Below are positions 40,623 to 51,200 of a stretch of 64,000 nt of DNA, piece by piece; position 1 is the stretch's first letter, and the number at the start of each line of letters is the position of its first letter. The notes under the pieces were generated by a model. It was given only the letters and a program-made list of their open reading frames with translations, was not told the origin of the DNA and made no database searches. The position numbers and the translations under genes were made by a program. The DNA is taken from contig CP170459.1 of NCBI GenBank assembly GCA_047947115.1, forward strand, positions 704,001-768,000, in the 5' to 3' direction. This DNA is from Verrucomicrobiota bacterium. GTDB taxonomy: Bacteria > Verrucomicrobiota > Verrucomicrobiia > Limisphaerales > AAA164-E04.

Positions 40623-41192
40623 TCATACATTAAGTTTGAGAAAATTTCCAAGCATCTTTTTTCCATGTTCGGTCAGGATGCTTTCCGGGTGGAACTGAAC
40701 GCCCCAGACAGGCAGGGTCTTGTGTCGCATGCCCATGATCTCGCCTTCTTCGGTTTCAGCGGTTACTTCAAAACAATCGGGCAATGTTTCCCTTCTGGCT
40801 ACCAGAGAATGATAACGTGTGGCATTGAACGGACTGGGGATACCCTCAAACAGGTCTTTGCCGTTGTGATGGATAGGGGATGTTTTGCCATGCATCAGCC
40901 GGTAATTGACGATGATTTCCGCTCCAAAGCTGTAGGCTATGCATTGATGCCCCAGACAAACTCCCAGCAAGGGAACTTTACCGGCGTAAGCTTTGATGAT
41001 TTCGTTGGAAAGACCCGCCTCTTTCGGAGAACAAGGCCCGGGAGAAATCAAAATGCGATCAGGACACTTGGCAGCGATCTCATCCAATGAAATCTGATCG
41101 TTGCGGTGCACTTCCATGTCCACGTTCATCTCACCCAGGTATTGCACCAGGTTGTAGGTAAACGAATCGTAATTGTCGATAACCAGCATCAT
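40623..41192 (-). CDS. Anthranilate/aminodeoxychorismate synthase component II (TrpG/PabA)
   Basis: [35 protein letters not shown]. Confidence 0.95.
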   Translation of the reverse strand: MMLVIDNYDSFTYNLVQYLGEMNVDMEVHRNDQISLDEIAAKCPDRILISPGPCSPKEAGLSNEIIKAYAGKVPLLGVCLGHQCIAYSFGAEIIVNYRLMHGKTSPIHHNGKDLFEGIPSPFNATRYHSLVARRETLPDCFEVTAETEEGEIMGMRHKTLPVWGVQFHPESILTEHGKKMLGNFLKLNV

Positions 41193-41354
41193 AAGACCTT
41201 CCACCCCTCTCAACGAACACATCCCGTCGTAGAGGCCATGCCAGCTTAATAAGTCACGTTCATAGTTCGCAATGGTTTTTATTGGTCGGTCGGATTTTAA
41301 GAAAGGATTCCCCCTGAATTAAATTGCAGTCCAACCTCACAAATTCATAGAATC

Positions 41355-42782
41355 ATGAACGATCCACGCAACCTGAATTCTTACCAGGGAACGCCTGAGC
41401 CCGAGCGTCCATTCATCTGGATGCACATACGAATGAATATCAAAGAAACATTCACGCGCTTGCTGAATCGCTTGTTTGGTGGAAATATTTTTCCACTGGA
41501 CGACCGGGATCGGTTGGTCTTGATGAAGGAATTCAAGCGACGTCTGATCCCCGTTTCGATCTGTTTGTTGATCGTCTATTTCATCCTTTCGTTCCTTCAC
41601 CCCTTTGCGATCAAAAATAACCAGACTGCGATCTGGTTGTCATGGACCAGTTTTGTTTCCACATTGTGCTTTGGTGTTCTGACATTGACGTCCAAACGCA
41701 TTCGACCCGCCCCCGCCCCCACCTTTCTTGTCGGCTTCGGTATCGCCTTGGTACTGTGCACCAATTCCGGTCTGCATCTTTACCTGACGCGGGAAGCTAT
41801 TCAATCGACCAACTTCATGCTGGTCATACTCGGGCTTGCTTTTGCGGTCACTGTCTGGAGTCATTACCTGAGCTTCTTGGTTTTGATATGGGTGATCTGG
41901 GCGGCAGCAGGCCCCTTGGCGTTTGATGATCCAAACTGGTTTCATTTTGTCATCATGCTGAGCATGGGAACCATGGTTTCGACCCTGACTTTCCACATGA
42001 GCACCCACAAGTTGGTATCCGACGCCCGCACTGAACACACGCTGGCAGTGGCAAAGGAGCTGGCAGAATCCGCAAACAGGGCGAAGAGCCATTTTCTGTC
42101 CAGAGTCAGTCATGAGCTCAGAACCCCACTGAACAGCATCATTGGCTTCTCCTCGATTCTGGAACTTGAAGACCTCCATGCCGAACATCGTTCACATATT
42201 GGTTTGATACGTAAATCAGGCGAACATTTGCTGAAACTGATCAACGAAGTGCTGGATCTTTCGAATATAGATATTGGTGAAATGTCCATCTCAAAAGAGC
42301 AGGTTCAGATCGTTTCACTGGTGGAAGAAATCTCAGGTATGATCCAACCCATTGCTCAGAAGCACCGCGTCTCGATTCGATCCAGCTTTCGATGCAGCGA
42401 TCACCAGGAGGTCGTTGGCGATCAACGCCGCATCAGTCAAATATGCTTCAATTTGGCCACCAATGGCATCAAGCACAACAAGGAGGGAGGGACTCTGGAA
42501 ATAAGTATTTCTGACGAGGTGGAAGGCACTGTCCGAATCAACTTTACCGACACCGGCATTGGGATTCCTGCCAACAAAATGCATCGCCTCTTCATTCCGT
42601 TCGATCGATTGGACATCGAGCAATCCACTTTGAACATCGAAGGGACCGGGCTAGGACTCGCCTTATGCGAAAAGCTCGCAACGGAAATGGGAGGAACAAT
42701 CGAAGCGAAAAGTGAAGAAGGGCAAGGTTCGACCTTTACGGTGACCTTGAAGGCTTGTCCTGCCCCGGAACTGGCCACCTGA
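41355..42782 (+). CDS. Membrane sensor histidine kinase (no adjacent response regulator)
   Basis: About 6 TM helices; SHELRTPL H box, NLATNGIKHN, DTGIGI, GTGLGL. Confidence 0.92.
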   Translation: MNDPRNLNSYQGTPEPERPFIWMHIRMNIKETFTRLLNRLFGGNIFPLDDRDRLVLMKEFKRRLIPVSICLLIVYFILSFLHPFAIKNNQTAIWLSWTSFVSTLCFGVLTLTSKRIRPAPAPTFLVGFGIALVLCTNSGLHLYLTREAIQSTNFMLVILGLAFAVTVWSHYLSFLVLIWVIWAAAGPLAFDDPNWFHFVIMLSMGTMVSTLTFHMSTHKLVSDARTEHTLAVAKELAESANRAKSHFLSRVSHELRTPLNSIIGFSSILELEDLHAEHRSHIGLIRKSGEHLLKLINEVLDLSNIDIGEMSISKEQVQIVSLVEEISGMIQPIAQKHRVSIRSSFRCSDHQEVVGDQRRISQICFNLATNGIKHNKEGGTLEISISDEVEGTVRINFTDTGIGIPANKMHRLFIPFDRLDIEQSTLNIEGTGLGLALCEKLATEMGGTIEAKSEEGQGSTFTVTLKACPAPELAT

Positions 42783-42784
42783 CG

Positions 42785-44206
42785 TCAACGCTCCCGGTTG
42801 CGCCACTGACGATGAAGCGCATCCAGTTCGGTTTTCTGCCCACCATCACCCTGATTCCGCATCCAATCATCCAGTGCCTTGGACAGTTGGATTTTGACGG
42901 ATTGAAATTCAGGATGGTCTGAAAGATTCTCCAGATTCCATGGATCGTTTTCAGAATCATACAACTCTTCCGCCGGTCGGTGCTGGAATCGATATACCAC
43001 TTTTTGAGCATGATTGGAACCTCCCTCGGCTTTTGTCATCCAGGACTGCCACCATCCACTGTTCATCATGGTGTTTTGAAAAGCAGACTCAGGGGTCAGA
43101 TTGCGAATATAGCGAAAACGATCGGATCTCACAGAACGTATCCCATAATAATCGGAACCTTGATTGATGCCCCGAGTGGTTTGTAATCCAAAACTGTATT
43201 GCTTGTGCTGATCTGTCCACCCCCTCAACACCGGAACAAAAGACTGGCCATCCAGCACATGTGGCAGGGGTAATCCGGCAGCCTGAAGAAAGGTCGGCAC
43301 CACGTCGACATATTCCACCATGGCATCCGTTCGAGTGCCGGGCTTGACCCTGCCCGGCCATCGAACGATCATACCGCTCTGCAACCCCTTGTCATAACAG
43401 GTCCATTTCGCAAACGGAAACGAATTACCCTGCTCGCTCACCACCATGACCAGCGTGTTGCCCTCAAGTCCGTGTTTTTTCAACAAGTCCAGACACTGCC
43501 CGACCTGCCCGTCAAAATAAGTCACCTCTGCCAAATAATTCGAAAACGCCTTCCGGACCTCGGGCGTATCGACGAAGTGAGGGGGCAATTCCAATTGATC
43601 GGGCGGATACGCTGAGGCGTCCCCCTTGTTATGAGGCGTGTGCGGTTCGTTGGAGCAGGCAAACAACGCTACAGGTTGTCCGGTATCGGCGGCATCTTTA
43701 AAAAGCGCGTCAATGGCATCCATATCAGGATTCCCCCCTCCTCCCCCTTTCGCTTTGGAGTATTCGAAGGGAAACGATTCAGGAGGATTGATGTGTGTCT
43801 TACCGCTTAGGGCCACGCGGTAGCCACCTTCCTTCAGGTAATGGGCAATGCTGCGGGTGCCGGGTTTGACGAAGGTGTGGTTGGGGTGTGCTCCGGACTT
43901 GACCGGATAGATGCCGGTATAGAGACAATGCCGGGTGGGCGAACACATGGGAGCAGCCTGAAAACAACGGGAAAACATCACCCCTTCCCTGGCGAGTTGA
44001 CTCAGATGAGGCGTGGCTGCCTGACCGCCATAAACGCCCAGATCGGTGTAAGTACAATCATCGGCGATGATGAATAGAAAATTGGGTTTGGAGGATGAAG
44101 CTTCGACTCTGAATGTAAGCGTTCCGTCCGATGCCATACCTGAAGATATCAAGCAAACCAAGACCCAATGATATCCGTTCACCCATAGTTTAAAGAAAGC
44201 ATTCAT
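42785..44206 (-). CDS. Sulfatase (formylglycine-dependent)
   Basis: PNFLFIIADD, CSPTR motif, GKTH. Confidence 0.92.
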   Translation of the reverse strand: MNAFFKLWVNGYHWVLVCLISSGMASDGTLTFRVEASSSKPNFLFIIADDCTYTDLGVYGGQAATPHLSQLAREGVMFSRCFQAAPMCSPTRHCLYTGIYPVKSGAHPNHTFVKPGTRSIAHYLKEGGYRVALSGKTHINPPESFPFEYSKAKGGGGGNPDMDAIDALFKDAADTGQPVALFACSNEPHTPHNKGDASAYPPDQLELPPHFVDTPEVRKAFSNYLAEVTYFDGQVGQCLDLLKKHGLEGNTLVMVVSEQGNSFPFAKWTCYDKGLQSGMIVRWPGRVKPGTRTDAMVEYVDVVPTFLQAAGLPLPHVLDGQSFVPVLRGWTDQHKQYSFGLQTTRGINQGSDYYGIRSVRSDRFRYIRNLTPESAFQNTMMNSGWWQSWMTKAEGGSNHAQKVVYRFQHRPAEELYDSENDPWNLENLSDHPEFQSVKIQLSKALDDWMRNQGDGGQKTELDALHRQWRNRER

Positions 44207-44280
44207 GGAATATCTGGATATTAATATGATCCATGAATTGGGACAATCAGATTCAATTCCATTGTTCCAGCCCGTAAGAA

Positions 44281-44296
44281 TGGCACGGAACTTGTT
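44281..44296 (+). promoter_or_regulatory. sigma54-like promoter
   Basis: TGGCACGGAACTTGTT: perfect -24 box, TTGT at -12. Confidence 0.5.
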
Positions 44297-44370
44297 TATT
44301 TACATCTGAAAGAAACAGTGAGTTGTAACCAGTGATCTGGGGGGGGGGCGCTGTTCAAAGGAGTATTGTC

Positions 44371-44544
44371 ATGAGATTTAAATATGCACAACGAAGAGTC
44401 CGCCAATTGAAGGGGAATTTGCAGCCGACACAAAGTTCGGTGGTGATCGATTGGCCGACAGCAGAACAAAAGGACAGGGCGAATGAAGCCCTTCCCTTAT
44501 CAAAAATTACTGATCTCAAACAGGTTCAACCTGTCGGGAACTGA
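44371..44544 (+). CDS. Putative 57-aa small protein
   Basis: AAGGAG 7 nt before ATG, downstream of the sigma54-like site; overlaps the convergent gene end by 29 bp. Confidence 0.4.
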   Translation: MRFKYAQRRVRQLKGNLQPTQSSVVIDWPTAEQKDRANEALPLSKITDLKQVQPVGN

Positions 44545-45544
44545 CGGAACGGGCTTCGGCTTCGCAAATGCGAATGGCGTTCAAACCGTCCTCGGGAGTC
44601 ACCACACTGGGGCGTTTATTCTCACGGATACAGTCGACGAGGTGTTGAATCTCACCGGCATAACCGTCCAAACCGTCCATTTTGACCACACGAGCCTCTT
44701 TGCCCTCTTCGAAAACCTTCAGAGCTTCATCGCCCCGAACAATGTCATAATCGATCGTAACGCGTTCAAACACGGCATTATATGCCATGTTGAAGCCAAA
44801 TCCGGCAGTCATTGCCCAACTGCCTTCAGCGGAGACACAGGCCCCGGATTCGGTGAGGTACTGGGTGACCACATGATCAGTCTCGCCACTTACTTTGGTA
44901 AAACCTGTCGAAAACACCGCCTTGGGAACCCCAAAACAAAACTGAACGAAATCCGTGTCATGAATGTGAAGATCCAGCAAGGCGCCACCTGATTTCTTGC
45001 CATCCAGATAATTCTGCGGGCTCCATCCCGGTGGTTCGGCGATGCGACGGAAACGAACTCCCAGGACCTTTCCGTAGGTCTGGTCTTCGATCGCTTTTTT
45101 CAAAAAGGTCCATTCCGGCCAGAATCGGAGACACATGGCGGGCATGAAATGGGTCTCAGGGGCCTTCACCGCCTCCACCAAACGAGCGGCTTCTTCCGAG
45201 GTGCGGGTGATGGGTTTCTCGCAAAGGACATGTTTGCCGGCATTGAGTGCGCGAATCGCCAGGTCAGTATGTGTATCGGTGGGGGAACAGATATCCACGA
45301 GCTGGAGTCCGGGGTGCTTCAGGAAAGCATCCACATCCTGATAACCCTTGATCTTTTCCATGTCCAGTTTGACTGGCTCCTGGTCGCCGACGTTTCCAAA
45401 CACATCGCTCAGGTCCCCGTCCAATCGCCGTCCGCTCGGGTTGCACACAGCAACGATTTCGACATCTTCCAGTTTGCGGTAGGCCTTGATATGAGCCACC
45501 GACATGAAGCCCAGTCCAATGATACCTGCCTTGACTTTTTCCAT
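44516..45544 (-). CDS. Gfo/Idh/MocA oxidoreductase
   Basis: GIIGLGFM, HVLCEKP, GGALLDLHIHDTD. Confidence 0.92.
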   Translation of the reverse strand: MEKVKAGIIGLGFMSVAHIKAYRKLEDVEIVAVCNPSGRRLDGDLSDVFGNVGDQEPVKLDMEKIKGYQDVDAFLKHPGLQLVDICSPTDTHTDLAIRALNAGKHVLCEKPITRTSEEAARLVEAVKAPETHFMPAMCLRFWPEWTFLKKAIEDQTYGKVLGVRFRRIAEPPGWSPQNYLDGKKSGGALLDLHIHDTDFVQFCFGVPKAVFSTGFTKVSGETDHVVTQYLTESGACVSAEGSWAMTAGFGFNMAYNAVFERVTIDYDIVRGDEALKVFEEGKEARVVKMDGLDGYAGEIQHLVDCIRENKRPSVVTPEDGLNAIRICEAEARSVSSRQVEPV

Positions 45545-45546
45545 GA

Positions 45547-46395
45547 TCAGAATCCTTTTGCGTTCAATCCGCAGATATATTTTTTCGCCGCCAGGATATC
45601 CTCGACACGCTGTTCCCCGGCTTCGCGTTCGATGGCAAAGACGCCCTCATATCCCAGACCGTCCAAAGTGCTCAAAAAGGCTTTCCAATCGACCTGCCCT
45701 GTTCCGGTCTGCACTTCCTCACCCCATTCTCCGGGTTGGGTCGTGCGGTTGGCATCCTTGATGTGGCATTGTTTGAGGTAAGGTGCCAGTGTTTTCAGTG
45801 CATCGATCGGATCTCCCTTGTCGTAAAGGATCATGTTGGCTGGATCAAAATTCACACCCACGTTCGGAAGTCCCAGTTGATCGAGAAAATCTTTCAGCGT
45901 ATCGGCTGTTTCCTGTCCTGTTTCAAATCCTAAATCAAGACCGCGTTCGCCGAAGAGTTCACCGATCTGGCGAATGCGGTCCATGAGTTTGGCAAAGGCC
46001 GGATCACTGGCTTCATGCGGCAGAAAACCGGCATGGAACGTGATCAATTTCAAGCCCAGCTCCTTGGCCACAGTAATATTGTCTTTGAAATTGGCCAGAT
46101 TCTCAGGCCAGGTGGCGTCGGGCACCACTCCGCCGGTCTCCTTGATGGATTCCATGGTGGTGTAATCTTCACCCACGGTGACCATCATGCCAGATGCCTG
46201 GGAAATCCCGGCGTCCCGGCACAGGTCCGCATACTTGCCCCACACATCGGGCTGTTCACGCAACGGGTCGAGAGCGATCTGCACACTGGGAATACCAATG
46301 TTTTTAAGGTGCCCGAGCAATGCTTCGGGACTCTCAGGCTGAAGGGACCAACTGCAAACGGCAAGACGGTCCTGAATGGATTCGGAAGAACTCAT
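45547..46395 (-). CDS. Sugar phosphate isomerase/epimerase (xylose isomerase-like TIM barrel)
   Basis: FETGQE, NFDPAN, HIKDA, IERE. Confidence 0.9.
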   Translation of the reverse strand: MSSSESIQDRLAVCSWSLQPESPEALLGHLKNIGIPSVQIALDPLREQPDVWGKYADLCRDAGISQASGMMVTVGEDYTTMESIKETGGVVPDATWPENLANFKDNITVAKELGLKLITFHAGFLPHEASDPAFAKLMDRIRQIGELFGERGLDLGFETGQETADTLKDFLDQLGLPNVGVNFDPANMILYDKGDPIDALKTLAPYLKQCHIKDANRTTQPGEWGEEVQTGTGQVDWKAFLSTLDGLGYEGVFAIEREAGEQRVEDILAAKKYICGLNAKGF

Positions 46396-46415
46396 GTCGA
46401 CAAAAAAGGGGGGGA

Positions 46416-46988
46416 TTAGTTGCCTTGTGCAGCGTTGAGTGAACCCAATACCTGATCAGTGAGATCATTGGAATTGTCTGTATAGAGAACGATCGGGGTT
46501 TCCGTTCGAGCCTCTGCCGCAGTATCCAGAACCATGGAAATATTGTTGGACTTCGCGAGCTGGGCGATTTTCTCACGGATGTCGCGAATAATGTTTTTCT
46601 TCATCCGTTCCTGAGTTTCACGGATCTGTGTGGCAGTCGTTTTATCATAATCGTTGATGTCCGCCTCAAGTGTGCGAATCTCTATTAATTTGGCATCCGC
46701 ATCCTTGTTACGCCTCTCCTTTTCAGCGTTGGAAATACCTGGGTCGGCGGCTCCTTCACGCAAACTGCCATACGCCTTGTTCAATTCCTGATACTGTTGA
46801 ACCAGCTTATCACGTTGCGTTTTGTATTCCTTACCCTGGTTTTCCAGGTTCTGCGAAATCAGCTTGGTTTTATAATAATTGTCGAAGACTTTCTGCAGAT
46901 CAATGGTTGCGATCTTGCCCTGGGCAGATGCCAGGGGTGCCGTGAAAAGCCCGAGTAACAGGGCCAATGCTGCAATGGTGTTTTTCAT
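46416..46988 (-). CDS. skp: OmpH/Skp periplasmic chaperone
   Basis: Signal peptide, KIATIDLQKVF, coiled coil, DLTDQVL; follows bamA. Confidence 0.9.
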   Translation of the reverse strand: MKNTIAALALLLGLFTAPLASAQGKIATIDLQKVFDNYYKTKLISQNLENQGKEYKTQRDKLVQQYQELNKAYGSLREGAADPGISNAEKERRNKDADAKLIEIRTLEADINDYDKTTATQIRETQERMKKNIIRDIREKIAQLAKSNNISMVLDTAAEARTETPIVLYTDNSNDLTDQVLGSLNAAQGN

Positions 46989-47158
46989 CTCTATTTCTAT
47001 TTGTGTTTGTGTGAATTAAAATGAGGACAGCTGACGCTATCCTTCTTTGGACGCTTCCAACGGATCAATTACTCAAGTTTGAAGGCCAAAAATTTGCCCC
47101 AGGGAGACGAGCGAAAGAACTCAGCCCTCCCTGCGAGTATCCCGTGTGAAGTTCCGGA

Positions 47159-49573
47159 TCAGAATGGACGTTCCCAACCCACACCGAAATTGAACCGGCC
47201 GCTGCTGTCGTTGAAATCGTCTGACGTTACCGGAATACCATAGTCCAAACGCAAAGGTCCGATCGGCAGATTCAAACGAATCCCAAATCCAAAGTTGTCG
47301 TTGTAAACACCCGTATCCAGAATCGTTGCACCACCAGCAAGGGGATTGGGATCAATGACCTGGGAATCAAAGCTGTATGGGTCCTGGTAAACCATACCGA
47401 TGTCATAAAACACAGCAAAGCGCAGACGATCAATGATCGGTACACTGTATTCTGCCGAAGCAAACCAATAAGTGCTGCCGCCGAAAGGCTCCTGTTGCCC
47501 GTCCTTCGGACCTACGTCACGGAATTTGAAACCGCGCAGATTACGCAAACCACCCAACCACCAACGGTCGAACAAGGGAACATCATCGGTATTGGCATAG
47601 GTATCGGCCACGCCTATTTCACCCAACAGTTCGAGAATATGCCCGGATCCCAGACCGTTGAAATAATGTTTGGTGGTGAGCTCCAACTTGTAAATGTCCA
47701 CGTCAGCTCCAAACGGTCCACCCGCCAATTCGGAACGCAGGCGAGTCAATTGACCACTGTTCGGAAGGAACCCTCCGCCACGTGTATCGTAGGAAATCGA
47801 GGAACCCACTTTGGACACGAGGTAATCGTCTTCCTGATTGCGGAAGAAGTAGGAAGCGTTGGGATCCACATTTTCAATCCCGATGCTTTCGATCGTGTAA
47901 TCCACTCCCCCGATGATGAAGTCGCTGCCCAGCGTTTTTCGAAGCCCCATCCTGGTTCCGGTGCGACGTTCGTCAAACACGCTGCTGACATAGTCGAGTT
48001 CGCGATGATAAAGATCGTGCGTGTATTCCAACTTCTTGTCGAGCAACCATGGTTCGATGAAGGTCAGCTGGTAATCCTGCAATCGGGTACCGACCTGTGC
48101 CCGCAAGCGAAGTTTCTGACCGCCCCCCTGGAACAAGGGTGGTTTGAAAAGATCAAAATTACCCTGGGACAATTCAACAAACGCCACCAAGTTTTCGATC
48201 GAGTTGAAGCCGGCGCCGATCACAAAGTTACCCGTGGTCCTCTCATCGACCGCCACCACCAGATTCTTGCGATCCGGAATATCGGTCGGTTCGACGTTCA
48301 TTTCGACCTTTTCGAAGTAGTTCAAGCCTTCCAGTCGCTGCTGGCTGAGCTTGGCCCGTACCATGTTGAAAGGTTCGCCCGGAGCAACCGCCAGTTCGCG
48401 GCGCAAAACCTTGTCCTTGGTCTTGGTGTTGCCGCGAATCTCGATTTTCTCGATGTAAGATTTGTCGCCTTCCTCGATGAGGTAATCCACATCGATGGTT
48501 CCTTTTTCAGTGTTGGCGGATTTGATTTCGCGGATGCGGGTTTCTCCCTGATTGCGGGGTGTGAGGTAGCCCTCGCTCTCATACAGGTCTTCCAGCGCCT
48601 CACGATTGTTGTCCAAGCCCCCGGGTGTAAATATGTCCCCCTTGTTCATCGCCAGCCGTTCGACAGGCCCTTTGCGTGTTTCAACAAACAGGACATCTTC
48701 GGTCGGGAAAATGCTGTTTCCCTGAACCCTCAGATCACCCACACGGTATTGATTGCCTTCGAAGATCTCGATGTTGATGACCATCTTGTCTTCTTCAGGA
48801 TACTCGAATTGAATGTCCTTGATGGCAAAATCGACGTATCCGTTGTCCCAATAGAACTGCCGCAACGCCTCCTTGTCCTCGGCAAACTGATCTTCCTTCA
48901 AAACTCCGCTGCCGGTCAGCCAACTGAAGGCCCAGCGCCGACGCGTTTTAATCACTTTACGGAGTTTCTTCTGCTTGTAGGCGCTGGCGCCCACGAAATT
49001 GATTTCTCTGATGCGAACTCTGGGAGCTTCGTTGACCTGAAAGGTGACCGTCCCCTGCCCGCGTTCTTCGATGATGCTGGGCTGATATTCGACCGTGGTG
49101 TTTTGATAGCCTTTCTTCTGATACAAAGATTCGATTTCCCGCGCATCAGTGAAAAGCTTGCGTTCGTCAATGGGTTCACCCACCTTGGAAGTCACCTTTT
49201 TCTTCAACCGACGATCACCGAGCCGCTCGTTGCCTGAGAAAGTGATTTCAGTAAGCTTGGGTTTGCCCTGAACAGAGTAGACCAGATCAATACCACTCTC
49301 CTTGACTTCCCAGGCCACATCCACGTTGTGAAAATAACCGGTGCCCAGCAGGTTTTTGACATCCTGATTGATCCGGGCCGCAGAAAAGTCGTCCCCGGTA
49401 CGTGTCTGTATGTTGGTGAGGACCATCTGGTCACTGACCGCGGCAGGGCCCACGTGCTGGACCTTGACAGCCTCGATGGTCTTGTTGGTCAGGACAGTCT
49501 GACCGCCAACCTGAGGCAACCAACAGGCCAGAAACGCCCACACAGGCCACTTGTATTTGAGTCGACGGTACAA
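47159..49573 (-). CDS. bamA: Outer membrane protein assembly factor BamA
   Basis: POTRA repeats, GNTKTKDKVLRREL, LRGF motif, C-terminal F; TTG 49573 chosen, start uncertain. Confidence 0.93.
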   Translation of the reverse strand: MYRRLKYKWPVWAFLACWLPQVGGQTVLTNKTIEAVKVQHVGPAAVSDQMVLTNIQTRTGDDFSAARINQDVKNLLGTGYFHNVDVAWEVKESGIDLVYSVQGKPKLTEITFSGNERLGDRRLKKKVTSKVGEPIDERKLFTDAREIESLYQKKGYQNTTVEYQPSIIEERGQGTVTFQVNEAPRVRIREINFVGASAYKQKKLRKVIKTRRRWAFSWLTGSGVLKEDQFAEDKEALRQFYWDNGYVDFAIKDIQFEYPEEDKMVINIEIFEGNQYRVGDLRVQGNSIFPTEDVLFVETRKGPVERLAMNKGDIFTPGGLDNNREALEDLYESEGYLTPRNQGETRIREIKSANTEKGTIDVDYLIEEGDKSYIEKIEIRGNTKTKDKVLRRELAVAPGEPFNMVRAKLSQQRLEGLNYFEKVEMNVEPTDIPDRKNLVVAVDERTTGNFVIGAGFNSIENLVAFVELSQGNFDLFKPPLFQGGGQKLRLRAQVGTRLQDYQLTFIEPWLLDKKLEYTHDLYHRELDYVSSVFDERRTGTRMGLRKTLGSDFIIGGVDYTIESIGIENVDPNASYFFRNQEDDYLVSKVGSSISYDTRGGGFLPNSGQLTRLRSELAGGPFGADVDIYKLELTTKHYFNGLGSGHILELLGEIGVADTYANTDDVPLFDRWWLGGLRNLRGFKFRDVGPKDGQQEPFGGSTYWFASAEYSVPIIDRLRFAVFYDIGMVYQDPYSFDSQVIDPNPLAGGATILDTGVYNDNFGFGIRLNLPIGPLRLDYGIPVTSDDFNDSSGRFNFGVGWERPF

Positions 49574-49574
49574 C

Positions 49575-51047
49575 TTATATGTCCGCCGGGATGTCTTCTT
49601 CGCTGACTTTGGCCCTATTTTCAAACCGGGTAAATCCTTTGAAAAATGTTAATTCCACGTCCCCTGTGGGACCGTTACGCTGTTTGGCGATCAGGAGATT
49701 CACTCCGATCGATTCCTGCTCGTCCCCCGCATAAGCAGGACCGTCATCATCGTCGCCCTGACTGGGTTTGTAAAGCAAACCTATCAGATCCGCATCCTGC
49801 TCGATGGAACCGGATTCGCGGAGGTCGGACATTCTGGGTTTACGACTCTTGTCCTTTTCCAGCTCACGATTCAACTGACTGAGCACAATGACCGGAACCG
49901 AGAGTTCCTTGGCGAGGGCTTTCACCCCGCTGGAGATGTCCGCAATCTCTTGCTGACGGTTCTCGGCACGACGCGCAGTAGAATTCAGCAACTGCAGGTA
50001 GTCAATGACAAAGAGCTTGATGTTGTGCTGCTGCGCCATGCGCCGGGCACGGGCGCGCAACTGCAAAATCGACAGTCCGGGCGTATCATCGATATGAATG
50101 GGTGCCTTGGCCAGCTCGGTCGCAGCCTGGGTGATACGGGGAAAATCACGTTCAGCGAAGAATCCGTCACGTACCGCTCTCAAATTGATACGCGCCCGAC
50201 AGCATAACATACGCAAAATCAACGATTCGGCGGTCATTTCCAGACTGAACACTCCCACAGGCTGCTTCTGTTCCAGCGCAACATGTTCGGCCACATTCAT
50301 GGCCAGAGATGTTTTCCCCATACTGGGTCGGGCCGCAATGACCACCATTTCGCCGCCATGCATGCCGTGGGTCATCTTGTCGAGATCATGAAAGCCCGTG
50401 GACAATCCGGTCAACATCCCCTGGTTCTTGTGATAGGTCTCCAACGTGGCGATGGCATCACGCACCAGTGCCTTGACGGATTTATCTTCTGTCTCAGTGC
50501 GTTCTTCGCTGATCGCCAGAACGTCCCGTTCCACCGTGTCCAGCAGCGCATCAACATTGTCCTGCTCATCATAAACCCGACTGACAATGTCCGTGCACGT
50601 GTGCAACATCTTGCGCAACACAAACTTTTCACGAACAATCTCAAGGTAATATGGTAGATTCAACCCCGAAGGAGCCTTGTCCATCAGGTCATTGAGATAG
50701 GAAATCCCCCCCACATTGGTCAGCTGATTGCGATCGCGCAAACTTTGCGACAAGGTAAAAATATCGATAGGCTGCTTTTTATCAAACAGTTCTGCGAGAA
50801 GATCGAACAATTCACGATGCCGTAAATCGTAAAACACTTCGGAACCCGATTTGAACTTCTCAATGCAGATCCCCATGTTTTCATTGGGATTCAACAACAC
50901 ACATCCCAACACCCCCTGCTCGGCTTCAAGCGAATGAGGTGGCAGGCGGTCTAATGGATTGACTTCGTTTTTCTTGCGGGTTTGACGCTTACTGCGCTTG
51001 AAGTCGGGCTTTTCGGTGTTCTGTTTGCTGGCGGCGCTTTCGGACAT
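49575..51047 (-). CDS. dnaB: Replicative DNA helicase
   Basis: PPHSLEAEQ, AARPSMGKT, IDYLQL, SDLRESGSIEQDAD, AKQRNGPTG. Confidence 0.96.
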   Translation of the reverse strand: MSESAASKQNTEKPDFKRSKRQTRKKNEVNPLDRLPPHSLEAEQGVLGCVLLNPNENMGICIEKFKSGSEVFYDLRHRELFDLLAELFDKKQPIDIFTLSQSLRDRNQLTNVGGISYLNDLMDKAPSGLNLPYYLEIVREKFVLRKMLHTCTDIVSRVYDEQDNVDALLDTVERDVLAISEERTETEDKSVKALVRDAIATLETYHKNQGMLTGLSTGFHDLDKMTHGMHGGEMVVIAARPSMGKTSLAMNVAEHVALEQKQPVGVFSLEMTAESLILRMLCCRARINLRAVRDGFFAERDFPRITQAATELAKAPIHIDDTPGLSILQLRARARRMAQQHNIKLFVIDYLQLLNSTARRAENRQQEIADISSGVKALAKELSVPVIVLSQLNRELEKDKSRKPRMSDLRESGSIEQDADLIGLLYKPSQGDDDDGPAYAGDEQESIGVNLLIAKQRNGPTGDVELTFFKGFTRFENRAKVSEEDIPADI

Positions 51048-51114
51048 TTCGTTACAAGGAAAGGGCAATCTCGGGCTCTTGGCAATGCGGAGTTGTGGTC
51101 TCCTTGTTGGAAGC

Positions 51115-51146
51115 TTATCCACCGGCTTACTCACAAGTTATTCACA
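51115..51146 (+). promoter_or_regulatory. Three co-oriented DnaA boxes upstream of dnaB
   Basis: TTATCCACC 51115-51123, TTACTCACA 51127-51135, TTATTCACA 51138-51146 versus consensus TTWTNCACA. Confidence 0.72.
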
Positions 51147-51200
51147 GGTAGATTTGCGACTTGTATGAGCGCCCATATGCAGATAGTAAACTCCATATCC

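Noticed and set aside
47495..49237. 580-aa ORF antisense to bamA, and similar long shadow ORFs (7567-8385, 39748-40539)
   Set aside because: They mirror well-supported genes on the opposite strand and show no recognisable motifs
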